NCBI GenBank assembly: GCA_964555185.1 | Contig: CAZKRD010000002.1 | Coordinates: 120,438 to 184,437, forward strand | Source: an uncultured Candidatus Saccharibacteria bacterium | GTDB lineage: Bacteria; Patescibacteriota; JAQUNI01 | DNA: 64,000 bases | Reading direction: 5' to 3' | Notes under the pieces: generated by a model | Told to the model about the DNA's origin: nothing | The model's database searches: none | What the model saw: only the letters and a program-made list of their open reading frames with translations | Program-made: the position numbers and the translations under genes | Shown here: in pieces, positions 1 through 9,241 of the stretch | How positions within the stretch are numbered: the stretch's first letter is position 1 | Layout: each line of letters opens with the position of its first letter

Positions 1-433
1 CATAATAATAGAGTGGTTTTTTTCCTATCCTATCCCTTATTAAAAAAATTTTACCCCTTTTTTTATCATAAATACAAAAAGCAAACATGCCATTTATTTT
101 TTCGAGCAACCTGTCAATCCCCCATTCTTCATAGCCATGAATTAGTATTTCCGTATCAGTGTTAGATCTAAAGTTGTGTTTTTGATAGAGTTCTTTTTTT
201 AAGGTTTGGTAATTATAAATTTCTCCATTACACACTATCCAGATATCTCCGTTCTCATTAGACATAGGCTGATTTCCAGCTTCAGACAGATCTATAATGC
301 TTAATCTTTTGAATCCTAACCTTATTTCATTTTCTTCATATTTTCCTTGATCATCAGGCCCTCTGTGCGCAATAGATTCTAGGTTTTTTTCTATGTTTAA
401 GTTTTGTCCAATAATACCGAATATACCACACAT
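1..433 (-). CDS. asnB: Asparagine synthase-like (glutamine-hydrolysing) amidotransferase, N-terminal part, runs off window
   Basis: Manual translation from ATG at 433: MCGIFG...AHRGPD...RLSIIDL...NQPM...NGEIYN...DTE...RDRIGKKPLYY (Ntn amidotransferase motifs). Confidence 0.9.
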   Translation of the reverse strand, partial: MCGIFGIIGQNLNIEKNLESIAHRGPDDQGKYEENEIRLGFKRLSIIDLSEAGNQPMSNENGDIWIVCNGEIYNYQTLKKELYQKHNFRSNTDTEILIHGYEEWGIDRLLEKINGMFAFCIYDKKRGKIFLIRDRIGKKPLYYY

Positions 434-607
434 AATTTTATATTTCTGACGCCGTGCCCCTCCATCAAGGAAATTTTTAAGAGTAAAATGTTTTTTGCCT
501 CTAAAAGCCACTAAACCGCATTTCTAATATATGCATGTATCACCTTTGGGAAAAATCTAGATTTTTCTATAATGATTATTGGCATTACATAACATACATT
601 TTTTCAT
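434..607 (-). pseudogene. Degraded Zn-ribbon N-terminus of the kind found on glycan-locus methyltransferases
   Basis: MKKCMLC...*...TCIY*KCGLV with two in-frame TAG stops. Confidence 0.35.
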
Positions 608-629
608 ATATTTATTCTCAGAGAGAAGA

Positions 630-2102
630 TTAATATTGTATTCTCAACCCTTTAAGGTAGCTTTGGACATACAATTTTGCTCTACTGATCACGAGGTGGG
701 GATTTTTTCCAATTGAATTGATCGCCCATAATACTTTTTCATTTAACGGTATTTTCTTTAGCGCAAGATGGTTAAGTTCTTGTAAAACGTTTTCTAAGTA
801 ACTAAAGGGCACAGTGTCACTGAAGGAGCGAATTACATTATCTCCATTATACATAAAAAAATTCTCAAATCTTTCTTGGTTACCAATAATGTTATGCTTT
901 TTGCAAAGATTCCATACTGCCGTTCCTGGATAAGGAACGGTAAGATAAACTTGAAAGAAATCTATCTTTTTAAGATTGGTTAAAATAAATTTTTTAGTTT
1001 CTTCGATCTCCGCTTTTGTCTCTGTTATAGAGCCGATCATGAAATTGCCAAATATATTTAATCCGGCCTTTCTAGTTGTTTCAATAGCCTTCTGATTTTG
1101 GGCTACCGAAACGGTTGGTCCTTTAAGAAACTTAAGCACTCGATCAGAACCGCTCTCAAAGCCAAATTCCAATTGTCTACAACCTGCTTGTTTCATTTTT
1201 CTTAGGAGAGGGAGCGCGTTTTTGTCAAGAAAATTTACTCTTACCTGACAGGACCAGATCATTTTTTTGTGATAACCTTTTTGGATCATCGCATTACAAA
1301 GTTTTATAACGCGGTCTCTATTGGCAATAAATAAATCATCATGAAAAAAGAGGGCTTTTACACTAAGATCATTAATTAATTCATCTATTTCTTTCATTAC
1401 ATAGGGAATGGAATGGGTCCTATATTTTTTTGCGATAATGTTGCTCGCGCAAAATTTGCATTGATAAGGGCAGCCTCGTGAAGTCAGAATACTTGTGCTT
1501 CGCCGAGCAGGAAGACCCCTGATCAATTGGCGAGGCGCTAAGTAATATTCGAGGTTAAAAAGTTTACGATCGGGGGGCGGAATTTTGTCTATATCCAAAA
1601 TAAGTTCTCGCTCGAGAGTTTTAATAATTCTACCATTCTTGGTTCGAAAAGCCAGCCCCTTTATTCTTTTTAAGCTGTCCGTGTTTAATTTGCCATCTTT
1701 TTTGAGCCAGGCTGTACATAGTTCGTTGATTGTTTCTTCAGCTTCGCCCAACAGGATAACATCTATTTTGGGATAATCGCGAAGTGTGCGTTCTGGTAAA
1801 ATTGATGCATGAATACCTCCGACAATAATTAAGACATCTTTTCTTATTTTTCTCATTTTACGTACTAGCGCGCCCGTTCTGACAATTTGGGGTGTGGTCG
1901 AGCTTATACCAACAATATCTGGTTTTTTCCGAAAAAAAATCTCCAAAATAGAATCCCCTGCGTTTTCATCTGCTAAACTGATATTAATATTACCCGGGTT
2001 ATATTTTTTCAGATATGATGAGATATAGCCAATCCCGAAAGATATATATTGATGTCTGCCTCTTACCGGAATTACCAATAATAGTTTTAATTTTTTTTTC
2101 AT
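630..2102 (-). CDS. B12-binding domain radical SAM protein
   Basis: GGIHAS and GEAE cobalamin-domain motifs; TSRGCPYQCKFC; FHDDLF; GFESGS; PYPGT. Start set at ATG 2102. Confidence 0.9.
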   Translation of the reverse strand: MKKKLKLLLVIPVRGRHQYISFGIGYISSYLKKYNPGNINISLADENAGDSILEIFFRKKPDIVGISSTTPQIVRTGALVRKMRKIRKDVLIIVGGIHASILPERTLRDYPKIDVILLGEAEETINELCTAWLKKDGKLNTDSLKRIKGLAFRTKNGRIIKTLERELILDIDKIPPPDRKLFNLEYYLAPRQLIRGLPARRSTSILTSRGCPYQCKFCASNIIAKKYRTHSIPYVMKEIDELINDLSVKALFFHDDLFIANRDRVIKLCNAMIQKGYHKKMIWSCQVRVNFLDKNALPLLRKMKQAGCRQLEFGFESGSDRVLKFLKGPTVSVAQNQKAIETTRKAGLNIFGNFMIGSITETKAEIEETKKFILTNLKKIDFFQVYLTVPYPGTAVWNLCKKHNIIGNQERFENFFMYNGDNVIRSFSDTVPFSYLENVLQELNHLALKKIPLNEKVLWAINSIGKNPHLVISRAKLYVQSYLKGLRIQY

Positions 2103-2234
2103 GGAACAGAAATTCAATTTAGTCTTTCGGAGTAATGAAGAGCTCGGGGAAGGTTTTTTTTGGAAAATGAGTTTTATGAACTCTCTTGGATTTTTGGAAT
2201 GCATATTAGTTTTAACATTTTTAAGTGGCGAGAA

Positions 2235-3455
2235 TCAGGAAATTTTACAAATATCCTTAGAATCCTTACTCATAGCTTTTGATAACATATTAACCCACCT
2301 TGAATCCCCCAATACTTTAAAAGTATGTAATGTATTGGGTTTAATCACAAAAATATCTCCTTTTTTTACAATAAAATCTTTTTTTAAATTAGTATTTATA
2401 TCTAGTAAGGACACCTTAATCCTGCCATCTATAATATAGAAGCCCTCTTTAGTCTTTTTATGGTAATGGTTTCCCCTTGTGCATCCTTTTAGAGACTCAA
2501 TATAATTTATTTCTTCCCACTTTTCACCTTGCATAATTCCTGTCAATTTGCCTCGACCATCAGTAAAAGAAAAATAAGGGCTGATTAAATTTCCAAAAAG
2601 ATAATGTAACGATTTTTTTACGCTGGGACAAGAATCTCCTAATATCTGCCTGCTATATCCAGTATTCAATGAACTATCTTGAGCAATTGACCCATCTAAT
2701 GGTTGCCTGCATCTCTTAATTAATGATTTGTCTTTTCCCATTACTTTAGCTACCTGAACAGCAAAATTATAACGAGAGATTTTTTTCTTGCCCGCGATAT
2801 GGATAATGCCTCTATAATCTTTATTAATTAATTTTTCTATTGAGTCAGTAAGATAGTCAATATAGGTTGGTGTATAAAAGACATCATCAAAAATATCCAC
2901 TGTTTTGTTTTGTTTCAGGCAGTCTAATAAAAAATTAAAAAAGTTTCCGCCTCTTCCGTATACATTAGCGGTGCGACAAATGATATAATTTTTCAATTCA
3001 TCTTGAATATCCTTTTCCGACATGGCTTTTGTTTTGCCATAATAAGTTTTAGGATTTGTTGTCTCACTTTCTTTGTAATTGCCTTTTTTTCCGTCAAAAA
3101 TATAGTCAGATGACATAAAAACCAGCTTTATATTGGGATTAACTTTTGCTATTGCCTTAATAAAATTTTTTGTGCCGTCAATATTAACTCTTTGGGCATT
3201 TTTTTGATCTTTTTCGCATTGAGCTAAACTACTAATGCCAGCTGCGTGGATTATTATCTTAGGATGAACTTTTTTAACAATATCCAATACTGCTTTGATG
3301 CTGGTAATGTCTAATTTATAGGTCTTTTCTTTTTTAGATTGATTTAAAGTTGAAGCATAAATATCATAATTATTATCATTCTGCAGCTTTTGTCTTAAGT
3401 TGGATCCAATGTAACCATCAGCTCCGGTAATTAATATTGTTTTTTTGTTTTCCAT
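2235..3455 (-). CDS. RmlD-like NDP-sugar reductase (SDR) fused to a C-terminal cupin (FdtA/WxcM-like isomerase)
   Basis: ITGADGYIG, SSDYIFDG, YYGKTK; C-terminal DGRG...RGNHYH...E...PNTLHTF. Confidence 0.8.
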   Translation of the reverse strand: MENKKTILITGADGYIGSNLRQKLQNDNNYDIYASTLNQSKKEKTYKLDITSIKAVLDIVKKVHPKIIIHAAGISSLAQCEKDQKNAQRVNIDGTKNFIKAIAKVNPNIKLVFMSSDYIFDGKKGNYKESETTNPKTYYGKTKAMSEKDIQDELKNYIICRTANVYGRGGNFFNFLLDCLKQNKTVDIFDDVFYTPTYIDYLTDSIEKLINKDYRGIIHIAGKKKISRYNFAVQVAKVMGKDKSLIKRCRQPLDGSIAQDSSLNTGYSRQILGDSCPSVKKSLHYLFGNLISPYFSFTDGRGKLTGIMQGEKWEEINYIESLKGCTRGNHYHKKTKEGFYIIDGRIKVSLLDINTNLKKDFIVKKGDIFVIKPNTLHTFKVLGDSRWVNMLSKAMSKDSKDICKIS

Positions 3456-3469
3456 AATTTATAAAGTTT

Positions 3470-4903
3470 TTATTTATTATTAGGTTTAGACATTTTAATA
3501 GAATAAGCTAATATTTTTTTAGTTGCTGTCAACAAGCCCTCTCTTTTGATTTCGCTTGTTATAAAAAAACCTAATGTCTTTGGCTTTTTGAACAATACAT
3601 GTCTATACCACATCTTCCAGCCCAAATGAAACATTTCCTCAATTTTATTTGCTGGATAATCCAGATATGAGACCGCGCTTTTTCCAGTTGCATCAAAATA
3701 ACCAGGATCTTCAGAGATTAGCCATCCGTTTGTCTTCGCCTTTTTGTAAAATGTCGTACCAGGATAGGGTGTGGCAATAGCTATTTGGACAAGATCAGGA
3801 TTTGCGGCAATAACATCTTGTAACATCTGGTAATCCTTCTTCCACGTTGATTTACACAAACCGACCATCAAATTGACATAAGATTTCATCCCTAATTTTT
3901 TACATTGCTTAATAATTTCTAAAAGCCTTTCTCTTTTCAAGGGCTTTGGAATTGCCTTCAAAACATCTTGATCTAAATGTTCTAAGCCATATTTGTAAGT
4001 CACACATCCCGCCCTGGCCAGAAGTTCCAATGTTTCGTCATCCACTAAGCCGTCACCCATACATAGCCACTTCACTTTTAGTTTTCTGTTCATTATTTCT
4101 CCACAGATCCCATCTATATGTTTTTTGCTAGAGACCATATTATCGTCATCAAAATAAATTTCGTCAAATTTATATTTTTTTTGTAAATATTCCATCTCAT
4201 CCACTACGCTCTTGGCACTCCTCATACGGTAGACGTGTTTTCCGTAAAAGGATTCTACATTGCAGAAGCTGCACTTAAGACGGCAGCCCCTTGATGAAAC
4301 CATAATAATATTTCTGCCGTAGCAAGAAGGCTCATTATAATATTCAATCGGGGTATCATCTCTTTCGGGGAAAGGCAACAAATCTAAATCCGTAACTAAA
4401 TCAGGTTTATCATATTTTCTTTTTTGTGCGCTGATGAAATTCTTAGGGAGAATTTTACGATCAGATTTAAAAAATTCCAAAAGAGAAAATTCGTATTCAC
4501 CAACAATAGAATAATCAACCCGTGTTTTTTTTAAACACTCAAAAGGGTAATTTGTCGCGTAATTACCCACAGCTATTTTTTTAATATTTTTATCAACTGA
4601 ATCAAGTAACCTTTTATCATCTTCTACGCTAATCCATGTTGGTTCACAGACAATATGAGTTGGTTTAATTTTTTCTATAAAATCAATTGTTTTCTCAAAA
4701 CTCCATTTCATAGCCACTGCATCTTTGAAAACAGCATCAAGTCCATTCCTTTTTAATAAAGATGTTGTATATCCCATAAACCACGGATAGGGATAATATC
4801 TTAAAACGGCAGATCCCTCTTTGGTGGTGTTATACCATCTTGATCCGGACTTTAATACTAAACCCGGTAAATTAAGTATGAGTATTTTGTGCATTTGAAT
4901 CAA
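3470..4903 (-). CDS. B12-binding domain radical SAM protein
   Basis: SSRGCRLKCSFC, YFDDDN, GEYE, TPYPGT. Confidence 0.88.
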   Translation of the reverse strand: MIQMHKILILNLPGLVLKSGSRWYNTTKEGSAVLRYYPYPWFMGYTTSLLKRNGLDAVFKDAVAMKWSFEKTIDFIEKIKPTHIVCEPTWISVEDDKRLLDSVDKNIKKIAVGNYATNYPFECLKKTRVDYSIVGEYEFSLLEFFKSDRKILPKNFISAQKRKYDKPDLVTDLDLLPFPERDDTPIEYYNEPSCYGRNIIMVSSRGCRLKCSFCNVESFYGKHVYRMRSAKSVVDEMEYLQKKYKFDEIYFDDDNMVSSKKHIDGICGEIMNRKLKVKWLCMGDGLVDDETLELLARAGCVTYKYGLEHLDQDVLKAIPKPLKRERLLEIIKQCKKLGMKSYVNLMVGLCKSTWKKDYQMLQDVIAANPDLVQIAIATPYPGTTFYKKAKTNGWLISEDPGYFDATGKSAVSYLDYPANKIEEMFHLGWKMWYRHVLFKKPKTLGFFITSEIKREGLLTATKKILAYSIKMSKPNNK

Positions 4904-4919
4904 TTTTTTAGAAAACTAA

Positions 4920-6098
4920 TTATATAATGCAATCGGACAGATTTTTAGTAAGTAATTTATTAATATCTATGGTTTTGACAAACTCTTTGATATTAGCTTG
5001 ATACTCCTTCTGGAGATTTTCATCCAAAATAAATCTTTTTATTACCTTGATGATTTCATCTTTTTTATTATTAACCGCCAAGCAAACTCTCTTCTTACCT
5101 AATTCTTGAACAATGGCTGGAACCTTGGAAGCAATAGTTGGTATTCCAAAGCTTAAATAATATTTCACCTTGGCTGGTTCAGTGTATTTCATAAAATTTT
5201 CTTCATCTTTGTACAAAGCTACTCCTAAAATATTATTCACCATAAGTTTTGTGAATTTTTTTCCCTCTTCCACAAATCCATGAAAAATAATATTTTTTTC
5301 TAAACCTAATTTTTTTGCCAATTTTTTAAAATACTCTTCGTCCGGGCCACTGCCAATCAAGTTTAATTTGATTTTTTTAAATTCTTTTGCGAGTTCAAGA
5401 ACCACACTAAATAATAGATCAAGTAGATGATATCTATTTATGACGCCGCAATACACCAAAGAGAACTTATTATTCTCATTAATCGGCTTAGAAATAAATT
5501 TTTTCACATCTATCCCTAGAGGAATAATTTGATAGTCATGTTTACGGCGATCAAAATACCCGTATTTTTCTCTACCAATTATATGGCCTAGGGTGGTAAA
5601 CCAGATTGAATCGCTATTATTTAAACAAAATTGATCAATAATATAAAACACCCTATTTAAATATCTATATATACCCGCTGGTGGTAAAGGAAAAAAATCC
5701 ATTACGCGATAGATAACAAAATCAACTTTCCCTAACTTTTTTAGGATTAATCCACACAAGGTGCAAAAATAGTTGACCCCCATAAAGATCCTCTTCTTCC
5801 GCCTTGGCCTTTTCCGCAATAGAATAAGTGCTTGAGATAAATAAATAAGATAATTTAACGGTAGAAACAAAAAATACAAAAATTTATTATCAAAAACAGG
5901 TATTGAAAAGATAACTCTCTCGGATACCTTTGATTTATCTCTATAATGAATTAACGAAGAATGCATTCCCCCTTTACTATGGGGAAATTTCCATTTAAGG
6001 TAGGTAAAGTCAGCAAAATTATTAATAAAGTAACTGACATAGTTTTCTAACCCAACCGGCACAAATGAACAAAATAATAGACTGTTTTTTTTGTCCAT
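4920..6098 (-). CDS. Glycosyltransferase, GT4-like
   Basis: IGSGPDE, FHGFV, P.K.K.YLS.GIP.I (GT-B C-terminal domain). Confidence 0.8.
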   Translation of the reverse strand: MDKKNSLLFCSFVPVGLENYVSYFINNFADFTYLKWKFPHSKGGMHSSLIHYRDKSKVSERVIFSIPVFDNKFLYFLFLPLNYLIYLSQALILLRKRPRRKKRIFMGVNYFCTLCGLILKKLGKVDFVIYRVMDFFPLPPAGIYRYLNRVFYIIDQFCLNNSDSIWFTTLGHIIGREKYGYFDRRKHDYQIIPLGIDVKKFISKPINENNKFSLVYCGVINRYHLLDLLFSVVLELAKEFKKIKLNLIGSGPDEEYFKKLAKKLGLEKNIIFHGFVEEGKKFTKLMVNNILGVALYKDEENFMKYTEPAKVKYYLSFGIPTIASKVPAIVQELGKKRVCLAVNNKKDEIIKVIKRFILDENLQKEYQANIKEFVKTIDINKLLTKNLSDCII

Positions 6099-6309
6099 AG
6101 TATTGCTTTTTATATTTCCAGCTTTTCCAAAGAACATTCTAATTTAAATTCTTGCGTGGGAATAAAGCAATTTAGGTTGTTTAAGAATTTCATTAACTAT
6201 TAAACTGCTTCATTTCCTTTATATTAACCTAGGGGTAATTTTTTGTCCAACGCTTCTACTAAAAAGTACCTACACTTTTTAAGTGATTTTTTAAATAGTG
6301 AACATTTTC

Positions 6310-6948
6310 TCATCGATTTTTTAGATGACTATTATATCTGGTAAGATGACCCTGACTTCCCTTTTTATAACATAAAAGCTTTCCTGAACTTGGCTTGGGG
6401 ACGCAGATATTGGGTTTAGCTAGTTTTTTGTATTTTAAGAAAAAAAGAAGACCGGCACTCAAGGTGGGAATGAAAATCAAATTACTAACAATGCTATTTT
6501 TTAAGAAAGGTAAAGCCATGATATAACATTGAGTTAGCCCTGAAATTGTATGAGGATACATATTCCAGAGAAGCCAGACGCCAAAATTAGTATAAAGATA
6601 AAAAAACACAGAAGCTCCCATTCCCATTCCGGTCAAGCTTAAAATAAATTTATAATTGTACCCTCGTTTTTTTCGGATCAGCCAACCCAAAAAACCGATG
6701 ACTGCCCAGGCCGACCACGTAAAGAGCAGGATGGGATCATTGCCGATGTACATATCAGAGAGTGCGATCATCGTGAGAGGGACGATAAAAGTGTAAAGAC
6801 CACCCAAAAGCGACCCAGCCAAGAGAGTGCAGACGGTGATTGTTTCGATATTAGGAATGTCCTTTAAGAGAATCCGGCCTCCAGCGCCTAAAACAATCAA
6901 AAAGACAGCAAGTTTCATTTTTGTTTTGTTTAGATTTTTTGTTTCCAT
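6310..6948 (-). CDS. ECF-type S-component-like membrane protein (CbrT/DUF6580-like, putative cobalamin uptake)
   Basis: About 6 TM helices; R.LL..IPNIE.IT, SD.Y.G, TNFGVW, CY.MALPF motifs. Confidence 0.7.
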   Translation of the reverse strand: METKNLNKTKMKLAVFLIVLGAGGRILLKDIPNIETITVCTLLAGSLLGGLYTFIVPLTMIALSDMYIGNDPILLFTWSAWAVIGFLGWLIRKKRGYNYKFILSLTGMGMGASVFFYLYTNFGVWLLWNMYPHTISGLTQCYIMALPFLKNSIVSNLIFIPTLSAGLLFFLKYKKLAKPNICVPKPSSGKLLCYKKGSQGHLTRYNSHLKNR

Positions 6949-6955
6949 ATTTTTT

Positions 6956-7393
6956 TCAAAAGGAACTCTCTTCAAATTTAAATTCTATTTTGTCTCCGGG
7001 TGAAACTTTTTGTTCAGAAACCCCCACCGGCGCCATTTCGGAATTAAAATAGTAGAGCCAGTATTTGTTTTGCTCTCCGTTTTTGATACCGTCAATTGCC
7101 TCAACTAAAACACCAAAATCGTATTCTTTAATCTCGAGAGTAATCTTATTTTGACCTGCTAATTCTAAAAGGAGCGCATAAACAGTTTTTTCTTCGCTAA
7201 AGTATAGATCAAAACTTTTAGTTTTGTTATTGCCGAAGTCGATCGTAAAATTGATTTTTTCTTTTTCTTCAGTTTTTGGGATAGGTTCGGTTTTGGGTTC
7301 TTGGCTATTGGTGTCTTGTTCCGGACAGCCAGCTCCGGTGATGATCATTAAGGAGAGAAGCAAGGGGATTAAGAGAATAGTTTTTTTACACAT
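6956..7393 (-). CDS. DUF4430 (transcobalamin C-terminal-like) lipoprotein
   Basis: Hydrophobic leader with GAGC lipobox; FGVLVEAIDG...NKYWLYYFN....VGV......GD.I.F.F. Confidence 0.8.
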   Translation of the reverse strand: MCKKTILLIPLLLSLMIITGAGCPEQDTNSQEPKTEPIPKTEEKEKINFTIDFGNNKTKSFDLYFSEEKTVYALLLELAGQNKITLEIKEYDFGVLVEAIDGIKNGEQNKYWLYYFNSEMAPVGVSEQKVSPGDKIEFKFEESSF

Positions 7394-7423
7394 AAGTTGT
7401 TTTGAGTTTTAATTCAATAGTAT

Positions 7424-7452
7424 ATTCTACAATTAAATCTGAAATAAATCAA
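7424..7452 (-). promoter_or_regulatory. Sigma70-like promoter for the DUF4430/ECF pair
   Basis: TTGATT-N17-TAGAAT on minus strand. Confidence 0.5.
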
Positions 7453-8266
7453 ATATTTTTTCCGAAAAAAAGAAGTTATCTTTTTTTAAAACGAAATTGT
7501 TATGGTGAGCCAGGATAGAGAACGGTGAGCGGTCTAAGAGAGGGGTCAGTCGTCGCAAGAGAGGATAAAGCCGATTAGTGATTCTAGGGGGATATTCAGG
7601 AATTAAGTTCGATTTCCAGCTTTGAACTATACTTAAGCCGTGTTTTTTAAAAAGAAGTTTAATCTCTGTGTCACCAAAAAGAACATTGTGTTTAGGAAAG
7701 CCCAAAGCAGCGGACAGGTACTCAAGATAAGCCAGTCGTCTTGGGGTTTTAAAGATAAACAATAGTCCATTGTCTTTTAATACTCTTTTTAGTTCGGTTA
7801 AGACCCCATTTAATTCCTCGGGTGGTTCCACGTGTTCAATGACGGCGTAGGCGGTAATCAGATCAAAGTGTTTATCCGGAAAAGGAATCTCCCGGTCATT
7901 GAAATGGCTAAAATTGATTCCGAATGTTTTGTGGAATTTTTCCCAGATTAGTTTTTGTTGAATCAGGGTGTCGCTAAAATTCGGATCTCTCTGGCTTTTG
8001 TTGTTTTTTGTGTCAATTGCTTGGATTTCTACTCCATTAATCAGTTGGGAGAGAATGATTGCGAAAATTCCTGATCCAGTGCCAAAGTCTAGGATCTTAA
8101 AGCCATTTTTTAGATATTTTGCGGTAAATCTCGCGTCCGAATAGACAGAATCCATATAGAGCCTGCCGGAGAGCATGTATTCAATAGATGTTAAATAAGA
8201 CCACTGATTTTTTTTGTTGTTGGCTTGGCTGACAACATTAAATATTTTTTGAGTGGTTGGCCTCAT
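7433..8266 (-). CDS. Class I SAM-dependent methyltransferase
   Basis: ILDFGTGSG, PFPDKHFDLI, VIEHV. Confidence 0.88.
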   Translation of the reverse strand: MRPTTQKIFNVVSQANNKKNQWSYLTSIEYMLSGRLYMDSVYSDARFTAKYLKNGFKILDFGTGSGIFAIILSQLINGVEIQAIDTKNNKSQRDPNFSDTLIQQKLIWEKFHKTFGINFSHFNDREIPFPDKHFDLITAYAVIEHVEPPEELNGVLTELKRVLKDNGLLFIFKTPRRLAYLEYLSAALGFPKHNVLFGDTEIKLLFKKHGLSIVQSWKSNLIPEYPPRITNRLYPLLRRLTPLLDRSPFSILAHHNNFVLKKDNFFFSEKIFDLFQI

Positions 8267-8299
8267 TTGATTAAATTAAAACTGGGGCCTCTGCAAAAT

Positions 8300-9238
8300 C
8301 TAAGATTTTGCGGGGTTTATTTTAGGATGATATTTTTTAATCTTTGGCAGGATTTTGATTCCGGCAGCAAACCCCTTAAGATAAGGTCTAATTCGGTTCA
8401 ATTGAGCGTAACGGATAAAGATCAGACAGTAGGAACAAAGGAAGAGCGGGTTGAAGAGCAAGAGGAAAATCAGGAAGTTAGGCAGGGGCGCAAATTTTTT
8501 CATAAAGATTATTCGGTTGCGGGCAAAATAGTAGATCCGGTAGGCCGTGCTTCTGACCATCACATTTTCAGCGAGATCGGTAGGGATCGCGATATCGTGA
8601 TAGACTAAAGCTTCCGGACAAAACAGTACTTTGTAGCCATTGAGTTTTATTCTCATGCTCCAATCCGCTTCCCCGTAGCTCATTACGTAGCGAGGATCCA
8701 TCATTCCTATTTTTCCGATTATCTCTCTTTTTACCAGCCAGACATTAGGCGCATGGTCAGTTTCTTTTACTCTATTGTATTGTCCCCTGTCAATTTCGTT
8801 GAGGCCAATGTATTTTGTTCGGCTGGTTAAAAGGTTTACTTTGTTTCCGGCAAACCAGATCCGATTTGGCTCTTTCAAATAATACATTTTAGGGGCGACT
8901 AAGCCCGCTTGACTGTTGTTTTGAGCGAGCTCAACAAGTTTTTTTAAGAAGTTTGGATCAAAAACATTATCACTGTCAACAAAGCAAAGTAGATCACCGA
9001 CCGCCTGCTTGATTCCTTCGTTTCTAGCGATTACCGCTCCCCCATTAGTTTTCCGTTTTATTAATTTGGTTTGGGGAAACAATCTCTCGATCATCGCATT
9101 TGTTTTATCGGTTGAAGCATTGTCCACTATGATAATTTCAAAAGGGCCGTAACTGGCGCGGAGCAATGAATTTAGGCACCGCTTAAGTTTTGCTTGGCGG
9201 TTGTAGGTCGGGATAATAATTGAGACCAGCGGATCCAT
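8300..9238 (-). CDS. Glycosyltransferase family 2
   Basis: SIIIPTYN, VDNASTD, FVDSD. Confidence 0.92.
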   Translation of the reverse strand: MDPLVSIIIPTYNRQAKLKRCLNSLLRASYGPFEIIIVDNASTDKTNAMIERLFPQTKLIKRKTNGGAVIARNEGIKQAVGDLLCFVDSDNVFDPNFLKKLVELAQNNSQAGLVAPKMYYLKEPNRIWFAGNKVNLLTSRTKYIGLNEIDRGQYNRVKETDHAPNVWLVKREIIGKIGMMDPRYVMSYGEADWSMRIKLNGYKVLFCPEALVYHDIAIPTDLAENVMVRSTAYRIYYFARNRIIFMKKFAPLPNFLIFLLLFNPLFLCSYCLIFIRYAQLNRIRPYLKGFAAGIKILPKIKKYHPKINPAKS

Positions 9239-9241
9239 ATT

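Noticed and set aside
434-607. Stop-codon (TAG) recoding
   Set aside because: Intact genes in the window terminate at TAG (e.g. asnB 9242, rmlB, trxB), so the code appears standard
6375-6410. Possible degenerate REP in the C-terminal tail of the ECF S-component
   Set aside because: Weak self-complementarity and no second copy in the window
7394-7440. Cobalamin riboswitch upstream of the DUF4430/ECF pair
   Set aside because: The gap is only about 40 bp and no B12-box motif is visible
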